A stretch of 64,000 nucleotides of DNA. Origin: Candidatus Poribacteria bacterium. GTDB lineage: Bacteria > Poribacteria > WGA-4E > PCPOR2b. The stretch lies in assembly GCA_965215015.1 (NCBI GenBank), contig OZ244042.1, positions 4,896,001 through 4,960,000 of the forward strand, read 5' to 3'. Of this stretch, positions 51,765 to 61,611 are shown piece after piece. The notes below the pieces were generated by a model. The model did no database searches. It was not told where the DNA came from and saw only the letters and a program-made list of their open reading frames with translations. Both the position numbers and the translations under genes were made by a program. Within the stretch, counting starts at the first letter, position 1. Each line of letters opens with the position of its first letter.

Positions 51765-52715
51765 TCATCGGATGCCATATTTTTTTAACCGGCGGGATAA
51801 AGCATGTCGGCTCAATCCAAGTTGCTGGGCGGTTTTAGTAATGTTACCTTGATTCGCCGCCAAGGCGCGACGAATCTGCTCCTGCTCGGCAAGCATTTCC
51901 TCGACCGGGGCTGGTAACGGCCTCGCTGTGCCAATCCCTGTTCGTGAAAAAGAAAACATCTCAACGTCAGGAAAGTGAAAATGGAGGTGTTTGGGTTGAA
52001 TCGCCCCCCCTTCACTTACAATAAACGCATGCTCAATCATGTTCCTCAATTCACGCACATTGCCCGGGAAGGCGTATTCCTTCAAAGCCTCGGCAGCTTT
52101 AGGAGTCAATGGCGGGGTTGATACTCCCATTTGAGTCGCAACCGCACTCAGTTGGTATTTAGCAAGGAGCAGAATATCCTCTTTCCTTTCGCGTAGGGGT
52201 GCAATCTCAATCAAAATTCCAGCCAAGCGAAAGTAGAGGTCTGCCCGAAATAGTCCTGCCTCGACCTTAGCCTTGAGGTCCGCATTGGTGGCCGCTATTG
52301 TCCGAATATCTACCTTTTTACTCTGCGTTGCACCGATTGGTGTGATGACACTATTGTTCAGTGCCCGTAGGAGTTTAACCTGGGTTTCGATTGGCATGTC
52401 ACCGACCTCGTCGAGAAAGAGTGTCCCCTTGTCAGCACGTTCAAAGCAGCCTATCTGATCCGCTATTGCTCCAGTGAATGCACCACGGACATGGCCGAAG
52501 AAGATGGACTCTGCCAGTTCAAAAGGAATCGCACCACAATTGACGTCCACAAATGGTGCCGATGCCCGGGGCCCTCTAGCACGAATGGATCGGGCAACCA
52601 GTTCTTTACCGACGCCGGTTTCCCCGGTAATTAAAACCGAAGTACTGTCGTTGTTGCGGAGTTGGCGAATGGTTGTCTGAATGGCTCGCATAGTATCACT
52701 GTCACCAAGTAACAT
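51765..52715 (-). CDS. sigma54-dependent enhancer-binding protein (AAA+ and Fis HTH, no N-terminal sensor domain)
   Basis: GETGVGKELVA, GAFTGA, LFLDEVG, FRADLYFRL, PGNVREL, C-terminal HTH; in-frame TGA 4 codons upstream of the ATG. Confidence 0.92.
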   Translation of the reverse strand: MLLGDSDTMRAIQTTIRQLRNNDSTSVLITGETGVGKELVARSIRARGPRASAPFVDVNCGAIPFELAESIFFGHVRGAFTGAIADQIGCFERADKGTLFLDEVGDMPIETQVKLLRALNNSVITPIGATQSKKVDIRTIAATNADLKAKVEAGLFRADLYFRLAGILIEIAPLRERKEDILLLAKYQLSAVATQMGVSTPPLTPKAAEALKEYAFPGNVRELRNMIEHAFIVSEGGAIQPKHLHFHFPDVEMFSFSRTGIGTARPLPAPVEEMLAEQEQIRRALAANQGNITKTAQQLGLSRHALSRRLKKYGIR

Positions 52716-53214
52716 AAAATAATCTCACTTTCTATTTTATTGAAAACCAGTTCTATATCCTAAAAGGGTACAAGAAAAGGTAGTCACCTTGCAAGTCAAA
52801 ATTCGCCCGCAAGTGTGCTACCAATACGAAAACAACTTGAATCATGTTAAGAAATCGTGCAATGGTACGTAGGTTGGATTGAATGGAAATCCATGGAAAA
52901 TTACACGCAGAAAAGGCACTTTGGAAGATTCATATCATTGGTTCAGTATGGACGTCTCCGATGATTAAACCTAAACATTAACTTTTGGATAGTAGCTTTC
53001 TTAACTGGTAGGAGTTACGCCCTTGAGTTGGTAGTCGCGCAATTCAACCCGCGTCTTTAAGGGAGTCGGCATACGCCGTATGCCGTAAGCCCCCTTCCCC
53101 CCTCCGCTTGTAAATTCCCCCCGCTTGCGGGGGGCTAGGGGGGTTCTTTCTTAGAGGGCAGAGCGTGCCTACTACTGTAGAATGAACTCGGTGTATCGAC
53201 ACACGCCAAGAAGC

Positions 53215-53997
53215 CTACCGGCGATGTGCAATTTCGATGAGCGTATCACCGACAATTTTGTAGCGGTGAGAATCTAGACGCTCAACATCCGCCCGTTTGG
53301 ATTTCGCATCAACCGCTTTTTCTTCCCACATCTCTGTGATAAATTCGTACGGTGGATCGATAGTAAACGGTTCGATTTTCCCAATTTTTTCCATCGCCAT
53401 CCGACCACCTACCTGCAAGAGTTTTCTGGCTTTCACGGGCGCCAGCGACAACGCACTGGTCTGCGAGAGCCCCTTCTTCGTCGTGACCGACACGATGTTC
53501 GGCACGTACCGTTGAGTCTCAGCAATTGCGGTATCGTCCCCACTGATGAATACCGTTGGGATACCGAATGAGCCTGCGACTGCGGCGTTAAACCCAATTT
53601 CCCCTACCAACTCCCCATTAAGCCAGCAGTTGGCAATTGTGCGCGAGCTCCAGCTATGACAGAGGACCCCGCGTTCCGTGTTGCCCATCGAATGATGTCC
53701 GTAAAGAAAAAACGCGTCAAACGACCCATTCAACCCCCAAGGTGCTGAAATTGGACGGCCAATGATCATCTGTACCTCCGGGTGCATCAGTTCATAGTCA
53801 ATTCCCCCAGGCCCATGACCGTCTAAGAACCAGACCTCCTGCGCCCCACCCTCCAATACACCATCAACGAGCGCATTCACCTCCAATGTTGAGAGCCGTT
53901 TCGCTTGCTCATAGTACTTTGCATCGCTATAGGTCTGCTGGTGAAAGTCAACGACACCGGCAGCACCTTCCAAGTCACCGAGTATAAATATTCGCAT
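53215..53997 (-). CDS. M55 family D-aminopeptidase (DppA-like)
   Basis: DLEG, DGHG, YGHH, VLCHS, GEIGFNA, SGDD. Confidence 0.9.
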   Translation of the reverse strand: MRIFILGDLEGAAGVVDFHQQTYSDAKYYEQAKRLSTLEVNALVDGVLEGGAQEVWFLDGHGPGGIDYELMHPEVQMIIGRPISAPWGLNGSFDAFFLYGHHSMGNTERGVLCHSWSSRTIANCWLNGELVGEIGFNAAVAGSFGIPTVFISGDDTAIAETQRYVPNIVSVTTKKGLSQTSALSLAPVKARKLLQVGGRMAMEKIGKIEPFTIDPPYEFITEMWEEKAVDAKSKRADVERLDSHRYKIVGDTLIEIAHRR

Positions 53998-54448
53998 GTC
54001 CCCCTCCTTTTAATCCCAAAAATTCCTTGACAACTGACTGTATCTGTTTCATAATAGATTTGTGACGCAATCGTGCAACAGGAACCGATTTTTCAAGAAA
54101 AAACTCGGGGTCTCTTCGTATTTTGCACTCTCTTTTTACATGAGCCACTTGTAAAATGCCTACAAAGAGAGTTGGGCGATTACAGGCCCGTAAGGCGTTG
54201 TGGTAAATTTACAATTGGCTATTATACCCTTGTGCGTTGATTTGTCAATCTTTTTGCTGGACCTAGGACTTACGCAGTTGAATGCGTAAAGCCAATTCCC
54301 GATACGTTATCGGGGCGGGAAAAACCAAACCTCCTCTAACTCCCCGCCAGGGGGGGAGAACTATACGAACGCCCGACTACGTAACTCCTATGGACCTTAA
54401 AAGAGCTATTCTGAACCGATTTGCAGATTGTATTATGGAGGCTAGATT

Positions 54449-55240
54449 ATGGGTTTCAAACTTGGTTATAGCACGTTACGTTGGCAGACACCTGACCTCG
54501 AACCGCTTCTGGTAGAACTCAAGGAGGCCGGATGGGATGGATGGGAGATGCGCCAATCCTTCGATTGGGTGGGAACCCCAAAGCGGGTCCGACAGATTTG
54601 CGATAATGTCGGTATGCCTGTCGTCGTTGTCACCGCACGAGGCCTCCCGATTGATAAGGATTGGGAGCAGATGGAGATGAACAAACGGCGGATGGACTTC
54701 GCCGCCGAAGTCGGTGCAGACTGTTTCATGTTCATGGGAGCGGGCAAACCGCAAGACCGTCCTGTCAATGACGACGACATCGCCGCACTGGCAGATGTTT
54801 CGGAGGAATGGGCGGAATACGCCGATCAGTACCATCTGGAGATATGCTACCACATTCATACTAACACAACGATTGACTCGATTGCGGACTGGGCGAAGTA
54901 TATGAGTCTGCTCAGAAAGTGCAAGCTGTGCATTGACGTTTCGCACTCAGCGTTGTGGGGGTATGACCCTGTCGAATCGATAAAACGCTACAAAGATCAG
55001 TTAATCTACGTTCATCTACAAGACTACGCGAACTACTCCGGCGGCGACGGCGAGTCCTATGACGTCAATTGGGTTGATGTCGGTAGTGGAACGGTGATGG
55101 ACTTTCCAAAAATTATGAAAACCTTGGAAGAGATTGGATATGATCGCTGGGTAACAGCCTGCCCCGGTCAAATCGAGGATAGATCGGATCAAGATCGGAT
55201 GAGAGTAAACCGGGAATATCTCCAGCAGTTGGGGTATTAA
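54449..55240 (+). CDS. Sugar phosphate isomerase/epimerase (TIM barrel, IolE-like)
   Basis: YHIHT, IDVSH, YVHLQD, VGSG..DF. Confidence 0.82.
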   Translation: MGFKLGYSTLRWQTPDLEPLLVELKEAGWDGWEMRQSFDWVGTPKRVRQICDNVGMPVVVVTARGLPIDKDWEQMEMNKRRMDFAAEVGADCFMFMGAGKPQDRPVNDDDIAALADVSEEWAEYADQYHLEICYHIHTNTTIDSIADWAKYMSLLRKCKLCIDVSHSALWGYDPVESIKRYKDQLIYVHLQDYANYSGGDGESYDVNWVDVGSGTVMDFPKIMKTLEEIGYDRWVTACPGQIEDRSDQDRMRVNREYLQQLGY

Positions 55241-55246
55241 GCATAA

Positions 55247-55630
55247 GCCTCATGTTCAAAGAAAGTGCCCCTTCGTACCCCCCAAGCCCCCCTGCAAGCG
55301 GAAGGAGGGAGCACAACCGGGGGAGAAGTCAGCTTAATTAGGTTCGTAGTAGCGCGATTCATTGCGCGTCAGGGAGCACAACCGGGGGAGCGGCAATCTT
55401 AATTGGGTTCGTAGTAGCGCAATTCATTGCGCGTCAGGGAGCACAACCGGGGGAGAGACACCCTTAATTAGGTTCGTAGTAGCGCAATTCATTGCGCGTC
55501 AGGGAGGGCAAACAAGGGAGAAGTCAGCTTAATTAGGTTCGTAGTAGCGCAATTTATTGCGCGTCAGGGAGCACAACCAAGGGAGAGGCAAGGCCCTATG
55601 GCTGCTGTCGCACTCATTCTTTCCATGAGC
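55247..55630. mobile_element. MITE-like element with four 65-bp REP-containing tandem units
   Basis: GTAGTAGCGCAATTCATTGCGC-type motif at 55346, 55411, 55476 and 55541; ends CTCATGTTCAAAGAAAGTG and CACTCATTCTTTCCATGAG. Confidence 0.75.
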
Positions 55631-55733
55631 GATCAGGGATTGATGCCAGCCAGTCTCCGGTAAAATTCAACCTGCTTCTTCGTTATGCCTAGACCTAGGC
55701 ATCTCCTCCAATACTACCCAGAGGTGAGAAACC

Positions 55734-57221
55734 GTGTCACTAGTTATGGGAATTGACCTCGGCACCTCAAGTGCTAAAACGGTTTTGATGGATGAAACAG
55801 GCAGTGTTGTGTCTATGGCGAGCGCAGACTACCCGTTGTTGACGCCACACCCCGGTTGGGCGGAGCAAAATCCCGATGATTGGTGGAACGCATTGTGCCA
55901 CACAAGCCGTCAAGTGATTGGAGGACTCAAGACACACCATCCCGCTTATTCAATCCACGACATAACAGGTGTATCGCTTTCGGGGCAGATGAACAGTGCG
56001 ATTCTCGTGGATGCCCAAGGCAATCCAATTCGTCGTGCGATTGCTTGGCTGGATGGACGTTCAAAGCGGGAGTGCGACGAAGCCAATCAACGGGCAGGCG
56101 CCCTGTTTCGCAACCGGGTGCTGCAAGTGCTTAACCCCGTCAACACCTTGGGAAAAATTCTCTGGCTACGCGAGAACGAGCCGGCCCTTTATAACGATGC
56201 CTGCTATGCCCTTATTCAGAAAGATTGGATACGATTTCGACTGACCGGCAGCTTTGCATCGGATGTTTCAGATGCCTCAGTATCGGCGGCTGGGGACATC
56301 TACACGCGGGATTGGTGCGATGAACTTTTAGATGTACTAAAAGTTCGTCGCGATCTTTTTCCACCCGTTGTTGAATCCACTAGGGTAGTTGGCAAAATCA
56401 CAGCAGCGGCATCAGAAGAAACGGGCCTGGCAGCAGGTACGCCCGTATGTGCCGGCGCGGGTGATATGGCGTGTATGGCAGTGGGCGGCGGTGTCATCAA
56501 ACCGGGAGTCGTCAACGTCGGAATCGGTACGGCAGGTCACGCCTTGGCTTTTGCCGAGACCATCAGCGATGCAGGGTATAATCAGCTCTGGCCCATCTGT
56601 CACGCAGTGCCCGGAAAATACTTTTGGCTCGGCTGCACATACACCGGCGGGCGGAGCTTGGCATGGGTGCGTGACCAATTTGGCGGACGTTTCGAGGACT
56701 TGACAACACAGGCTGAAAGCGTACCCGTAGGCAGTGACGGACTATTTTTTATGCCTTGGTTTCAGGGAGCCGCGACGCCAAATCCCGATCCCCACGCCCG
56801 GGCCGGCTGGATCGGCTTGACGTTGCATCACACAAAGGGACATATAATCCGATCGGTAATGGAAGGGGTCGCCTTTGATCTACGACACTCGCTCAAATGC
56901 TTCAAACGGTTGGGTTCCCCAATTGACGAACTCCGCATCGGCGAAGGCGGGACGAAATCCGCACTCTGGAGTGCAATTCAAGCTGATATTTTCGGTCAAG
57001 ACGTGCGGATAATGGAAACGCGTGAGATTTCCGCTATCGGTGCGGCAATAATTGCAGGGATTGGCGTTGGCATGTTTTCCGACTTTGAGACCGCCTGTGA
57101 AAAGGCGATTGTATTGGGCGAGAGGGTCAAGTGTAATCCCGATCGGGTCCAACAATATGAGATCGGCTATCGGCGATACTGTGAATTGTATCCGAGACTC
57201 AAAGATTGGTTTCGCCAGTAA
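55734..57221 (+). CDS. xylB: FGGY carbohydrate kinase, xylulokinase-like
   Basis: GIDLGTSSAK, WAEQNPDDWW, SGQM, SDAS, EGVAF. Confidence 0.8.
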   Translation: MSLVMGIDLGTSSAKTVLMDETGSVVSMASADYPLLTPHPGWAEQNPDDWWNALCHTSRQVIGGLKTHHPAYSIHDITGVSLSGQMNSAILVDAQGNPIRRAIAWLDGRSKRECDEANQRAGALFRNRVLQVLNPVNTLGKILWLRENEPALYNDACYALIQKDWIRFRLTGSFASDVSDASVSAAGDIYTRDWCDELLDVLKVRRDLFPPVVESTRVVGKITAAASEETGLAAGTPVCAGAGDMACMAVGGGVIKPGVVNVGIGTAGHALAFAETISDAGYNQLWPICHAVPGKYFWLGCTYTGGRSLAWVRDQFGGRFEDLTTQAESVPVGSDGLFFMPWFQGAATPNPDPHARAGWIGLTLHHTKGHIIRSVMEGVAFDLRHSLKCFKRLGSPIDELRIGEGGTKSALWSAIQADIFGQDVRIMETREISAIGAAIIAGIGVGMFSDFETACEKAIVLGERVKCNPDRVQQYEIGYRRYCELYPRLKDWFRQ

Positions 57222-57368
57222 CAATCCTTCAAGGAGTGCTCAGACCCTTTAGGGTTCCGATGCAGGAATATGATGAGGGCTAGGATTTTCCAATTCTGAC
57301 CAAGCAGAAAACAATCTCTAAGTGGATTAAACAGCAAATCAATAAACCATGAGAGGAGAGATAACGCG

Positions 57369-58370
57369 ATGAAGATTACCCAGATCGAAGCGATACCGGT
57401 CAAGGTTCCATATCATGAGGGCATCAACGAAATGATGGTCGAGCGGAGCCTGTACCAAGGGAACACCGTCTATAAGGTCCACACTGACGCGGGAATCGTG
57501 GGCATCGGTGAAGCGGAAGGGCAGCCTAACGAGGAACTCCAACAGTACATCGGCAGGGACCCATTTGAATTCACAAATGGACTGATGCCAACACCGTTGC
57601 AGCAGGCGGCCTACGACATCATGGGAAAAGCACTCGGCGTACCGACCTATCAACTGATTGGCGAAAAGGTTCAGGATAAGGTGGCAATTGGATACTGGTC
57701 GATCGATATGCCGCCCGCAGAGTGGGCGGAGGAAGCCAAGCGCGCCTATTCACTCGGATACCGACTTCACAAAATTAAAGCGCGTCCATGGCATGATATC
57801 ATCGAGCAGGTCCAAGCAATCTCTGAAGTGGTTCCGTCCGATTACAAGCTCCGAGTTGACCCCAACGACTCATTTGAGACGCCTGCCAGGTCTATTGAGG
57901 TGGCGAAGCAGCTTCGAGACTACAATATTGAGGCGTTTGAAACGCCGATTCCCCAAAGCAATATCGACGGATACTTGGAAATTCGACGCGGCTGTGATAT
58001 GCCAATTACGATACACTTCGGCAACCCTGACCCCGTCGAAGCGATCAAGGCGGGCATGAACGACTCCTTCATCATTGCCTACCCGGACTCACGCGCTGCA
58101 AACGCCAAGCGTGAAGCCGCTATTTCTGAGTCTGCACATTTGCCGCTCTGGATTCAGATTGTCGGGATGGGAATAACAACCACCTATCTGATCCATCTCG
58201 CTGCTACTATGCCTAACGCCACCATGCCATCGATTACGCTGAATTGTCTGCGGGCGTTTGACCTCGTCACGCCGGCAGTCCAGATGGAAGATGGTTACGC
58301 AACCGTACCCGATACGCCGGGGTTGGGAATTGAACTCGATGAGGACCTTCTAGATAACTGTCGTGTGTAA
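57369..58370 (+). CDS. Mandelate racemase/muconate lactonizing enzyme family protein
   Basis: YDIMGKALGVP, HKIK, RVDPN, PGLGIELD. Confidence 0.87.
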   Translation: MKITQIEAIPVKVPYHEGINEMMVERSLYQGNTVYKVHTDAGIVGIGEAEGQPNEELQQYIGRDPFEFTNGLMPTPLQQAAYDIMGKALGVPTYQLIGEKVQDKVAIGYWSIDMPPAEWAEEAKRAYSLGYRLHKIKARPWHDIIEQVQAISEVVPSDYKLRVDPNDSFETPARSIEVAKQLRDYNIEAFETPIPQSNIDGYLEIRRGCDMPITIHFGNPDPVEAIKAGMNDSFIIAYPDSRAANAKREAAISESAHLPLWIQIVGMGITTTYLIHLAATMPNATMPSITLNCLRAFDLVTPAVQMEDGYATVPDTPGLGIELDEDLLDNCRV

Positions 58371-58721
58371 ATTGTTATCGCAATGAGTAAATACGGGCTT
58401 TTCTCTAAATTTAACACAAAGCCGCGTCCCTTTACCCCCTCAATCCCGAATACCCACACGGTTCTTTTCGCCCTGCTTGCGCTCTTTCCCCTCCGCTTGC
58501 GGGGGGGGTTAGGGGGGGTAGGGGGTTAGCGTTTATAAGCCAGTAACTACTTAGCCCCATTTTTATATCGTATCTTAATAACACCTCATATTAGGAAATC
58601 GTTCAACAGAACCCGAGTTTTTGGCGAAAATTCGGGTTCTCTTTGCGTTTTACACTTTCTTTTTGATAAGCCTCATGGATTGGGGCTCCTAGCCCGACTG
58701 TGTCAATGAACAAATGAACCC

Positions 58722-59249
58722 ATGAACAAATGGTTTTCACGTTTCACATGGCCCGCATCACTTATCCTCAGTCTGCTACTCCTTAGCTGTGGCGGAGGGG
58801 TTAAACTGATTAATTTTCCCCAAAGCAGCATCGCACTTAACCTGTCGAAAGAACAACAGGAGAGCGTTGAGCCCAAGATTGCGCTCATCCGCGACATCAT
58901 TGAGGATTACGAGTTTGAACGAGATGAAGTGGAGGCTCAATATCGCAGTTACTACAGTCGGGCCAGCTTGCCTCGGATGAGCCGATATGAGACCGGGCGT
59001 ATAGACAGGGGTGCCCGGCTTGAATGGCATGAACTGAGAATGAAACTCAGAAGTTTTGTCGCGCAACGTCGGCAATATGCCAAAGAAATATCTGGCCTCA
59101 TTAATGAAATCAAAACCGATCTGACCCCTGACCAGCGTGTCGCGTTTGGAAATATAGAACTGCCGGAGCTCCGACTACCGGAGGTGCTCAGAAGGCGTTC
59201 CCATGATGACTTTGGAATGCGATTGAGAGGAATGCCATTCAACTTCTGA
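58722..59249 (+). CDS. Hypothetical lipoprotein (helical)
   Basis: LLLSC lipobox; LTPDQR motif. Confidence 0.65.
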   Translation: MNKWFSRFTWPASLILSLLLLSCGGGVKLINFPQSSIALNLSKEQQESVEPKIALIRDIIEDYEFERDEVEAQYRSYYSRASLPRMSRYETGRIDRGARLEWHELRMKLRSFVAQRRQYAKEISGLINEIKTDLTPDQRVAFGNIELPELRLPEVLRRRSHDDFGMRLRGMPFNF

Positions 59250-59285
59250 AGCCTTGCTTAACTTAAAAAGGAGACGTTTCAAACA

Positions 59286-60131
59286 ATGAAACTTTCACTC
59301 TCGGTCCGGGTAGCAGAAGCTCCCGGCTCTAAAGAAGAGACCATCCGATCCTTTGATGAAATTGCCGCGCTCGCCGATCAACTCGGCTATCACGCTGTCT
59401 GCATGAGAGCATCGCAGGCGGGGATACAGACACCACTCCAGCAAATCACCGCTATCCGCCAGAAAACCCGCCAGCTTAACCTCGCCGTGTCGATGGTCAC
59501 GGGAGATTTCCCGATCCCAATCAACAACGACCAAGGGCCCGATGCCCTACGGAACATCACGCCTTATTTGGATCTGACCGATTTATTGGGTGCCAATCTG
59601 ATTCGGATTGCAATGAAAAAAGAGGAGGACATCATTTGGGCGAAGCGAGCGGCCGACGAAGCTCGCGAACGAGGCATCCGACTCGCACATCAGTCACATA
59701 CGCGCAGCCTGTTTGAAACGATAGATGGCTCAATCGATATCCTCAAGCGGGTGGGAAGACAAAACTTCGGCATCATCTACGAGCCAGCGAATCTAGACCT
59801 CTGTGGACAGGATTACGGACCCGACACGCTCAAGCGTTTTTCACCTTACCTGTTTAACGTTTACCTCCAAAACCATATCCGGTGTCCCGATGGAAAGACA
59901 CATCTCGAGACGTGGATTCGCGGGGATGTCCCTCACGATCCGATTCGTTTGCAGGATGAGGGTGGAATTGACTTTTCAAATGTGTTTGAAGGGTTGGGGG
60001 AAATTGGCTACAACGGTTATGTGACAGTGCATCAGGCATTCACCGAAATCATGGAGCCAGAGGATGCCGCGCAGCAGAGCTATGACTATTTGACCCAGCT
60101 AGCAGCTTTTGAGACGAGGACGGTAGGTTAA
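59286..60131 (+). CDS. Sugar phosphate isomerase/epimerase (TIM barrel)
   Basis: HQSH..LFET, YEPANL, GGIDF...GYNGYVTVH. Confidence 0.82.
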   Translation: MKLSLSVRVAEAPGSKEETIRSFDEIAALADQLGYHAVCMRASQAGIQTPLQQITAIRQKTRQLNLAVSMVTGDFPIPINNDQGPDALRNITPYLDLTDLLGANLIRIAMKKEEDIIWAKRAADEARERGIRLAHQSHTRSLFETIDGSIDILKRVGRQNFGIIYEPANLDLCGQDYGPDTLKRFSPYLFNVYLQNHIRCPDGKTHLETWIRGDVPHDPIRLQDEGGIDFSNVFEGLGEIGYNGYVTVHQAFTEIMEPEDAAQQSYDYLTQLAAFETRTVG

Positions 60132-60137
60132 AACTAC

Positions 60138-60679
60138 GGCTCATATTAAAAGAAAGTGCAAAGCACGAAGAGAAGTGCCCCTTCGTACCCCCCAAGGCCC
60201 CCTAACCCCCCGCAAGCGAGGAGAGGGATGGCAACCAGGGGAGCGGCAATCTTAATTGGGTTTGTAGTAGCGCAATTCATCGCGCGTGAGAGAGGGCAAC
60301 CAGGGGAGAGCCACCCTTAATTGGGTTTGTAGTAGCGCAATTTATTGCGCGTCAGGGAGGACAACCGGGGGAGCGGCAATCTTAATTATGTTCGTAGTAG
60401 CGCAATTCATGGCGCGTCAGGAATGACAACCAGGGGAGAGACAATCTTAATTAAGTTTGTAGTAGTGCAATTCATGGCGCGTCAGGGAGGACAACCGGGG
60501 GAGCGACAAGCTTAATTGGGTTTGTAGTAGCGCAATTCATGGCGCGTCAGGGATGACAACCAGGGGAGAGACAATCTTAATTAAGTTTGTAGTAGTGCAA
60601 TTCATGGCGCGTCAGGAATGACAACCAGGGGAAGAGGCAAGGCCCTATGGCCTCTGTTACACCCATTCTTTATATGGGC
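60138..60679. mobile_element. MITE-like element with six 65-bp REP-containing tandem units
   Basis: GTAGTAG at 60264, 60329, 60394, 60459, 60524 and 60589; imperfect TIRs GGCTCATATTAAAAGAAAGTGCAA / TTACACCCATTCTTTATATGGGC. Confidence 0.75.
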
Positions 60680-60955
60680 GAAAACTATTCTCTTTTTCTT
60701 TTTTTTAGGAGTTACGTATTTCAGTTGGGAACACCGATTGGTGTTCCCAACGGGATCCTTGATGGTGCACCCGCTGTAGCTGCCCGATTCAGCCGGCATT
60801 GGAAATTGTGCTCTGCGGCGATAAATCACCGAACTACAGCGGTTTGAATGAACCCATAAACAAATGGTTTTCACGCTTCACACCTGGTCTTTGACCGGAA
60901 AATGTATCAACAGTTGTAAACTCGTACCATTGGTTTTGTAGATTGGAGTGAATAT

Positions 60956-61471
60956 ATGACCGATTTTTCCAAATTTATTCGACATATTCCCGATTTTCCA
61001 CAGCCGGGCATCGTTTTCAAAGATATTACTCCGCTGCTCCAAGATCCACACGCCTTCCGCAATGTGGTGAATACGATGGCGGTCTACTACGAACAGAAAA
61101 ATGTTGATGTGATAGTCGGAATTGATGCACGCGGCTTTATCTTCGGGAGTGCACTTGCCTATCGTTTAGGCGTTAGCTTTGTTCCTATTCGCAAGAGCGG
61201 CAAACTCCCCTACCGTACACATGAAGCCAGTTATGAACTGGAGTATGGGACAGATACCCTCGCAATCCATCAGGATGCCTGTACTCCGGGAAGCCGTGTC
61301 CTCATCTGCGATGACGTGATTGCAACAGGGGGTACAGTTGCTGCTTCGATTAACCTCGTTGAGAAACTTGGCAGTGAAGTCGCCGGAATTGCAGTCCTTA
61401 TCGAACTTACTTTCCTCAATGGACGCGAAAAATTTCCGGATCACGATATTTTTTCTCTAATTGAATTTTGA
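60956..61471 (+). CDS. apt: Adenine phosphoribosyltransferase
   Basis: PDFPQPGIVFKDITPLL, RKSGKLP, LEYG, DDVIATGGT. Confidence 0.97.
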   Translation: MTDFSKFIRHIPDFPQPGIVFKDITPLLQDPHAFRNVVNTMAVYYEQKNVDVIVGIDARGFIFGSALAYRLGVSFVPIRKSGKLPYRTHEASYELEYGTDTLAIHQDACTPGSRVLICDDVIATGGTVAASINLVEKLGSEVAGIAVLIELTFLNGREKFPDHDIFSLIEF

Positions 61472-61489
61472 CCCTCGATATGCTATACT
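61461..61489 (+). promoter_or_regulatory. sigma70 promoter for tRNA-Arg/secDF
   Basis: TTGAAT-17 nt-TATACT with extended -10 TG. Confidence 0.55.
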
Positions 61490-61512
61490 ATTCAATTGTT
61501 GTTAGTCGAGCT

Positions 61513-61588
61513 GCGCCTGTAGCTCAGGGGATAGAGCAGGGGCTTCCTAAGCCTCGTGTCGGGGGTTCAAATCCTCCCAGGCGCACCA
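61513..61588 (+). tRNA. tRNA-Arg (CCT)
   Basis: Acceptor GCGCCTG/CAGGCGC, D-arm AGCTCAGGGGATAGAGC, anticodon loop TTCCTAA, GGTTCAAATCC, encoded CCA. Confidence 0.96.
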
Positions 61589-61611
61589 TTTTTTACCTCT
61601 AGGAGAAATGA

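Noticed and set aside
55310-60640. CRISPR arrays at 55310-55600 and 60230-60640 (65-nt period, palindromic repeat)
   Set aside because: The inter-palindrome segments are near-copies of each other rather than unique spacers, the unit also occurs singly elsewhere, and no cas genes or leader are present.
61513-61588. tRNA-Arg as an integration site for an island
   Set aside because: No duplicate of its 3' end or integrase is visible; it is flanked by core genes apt and secDF.
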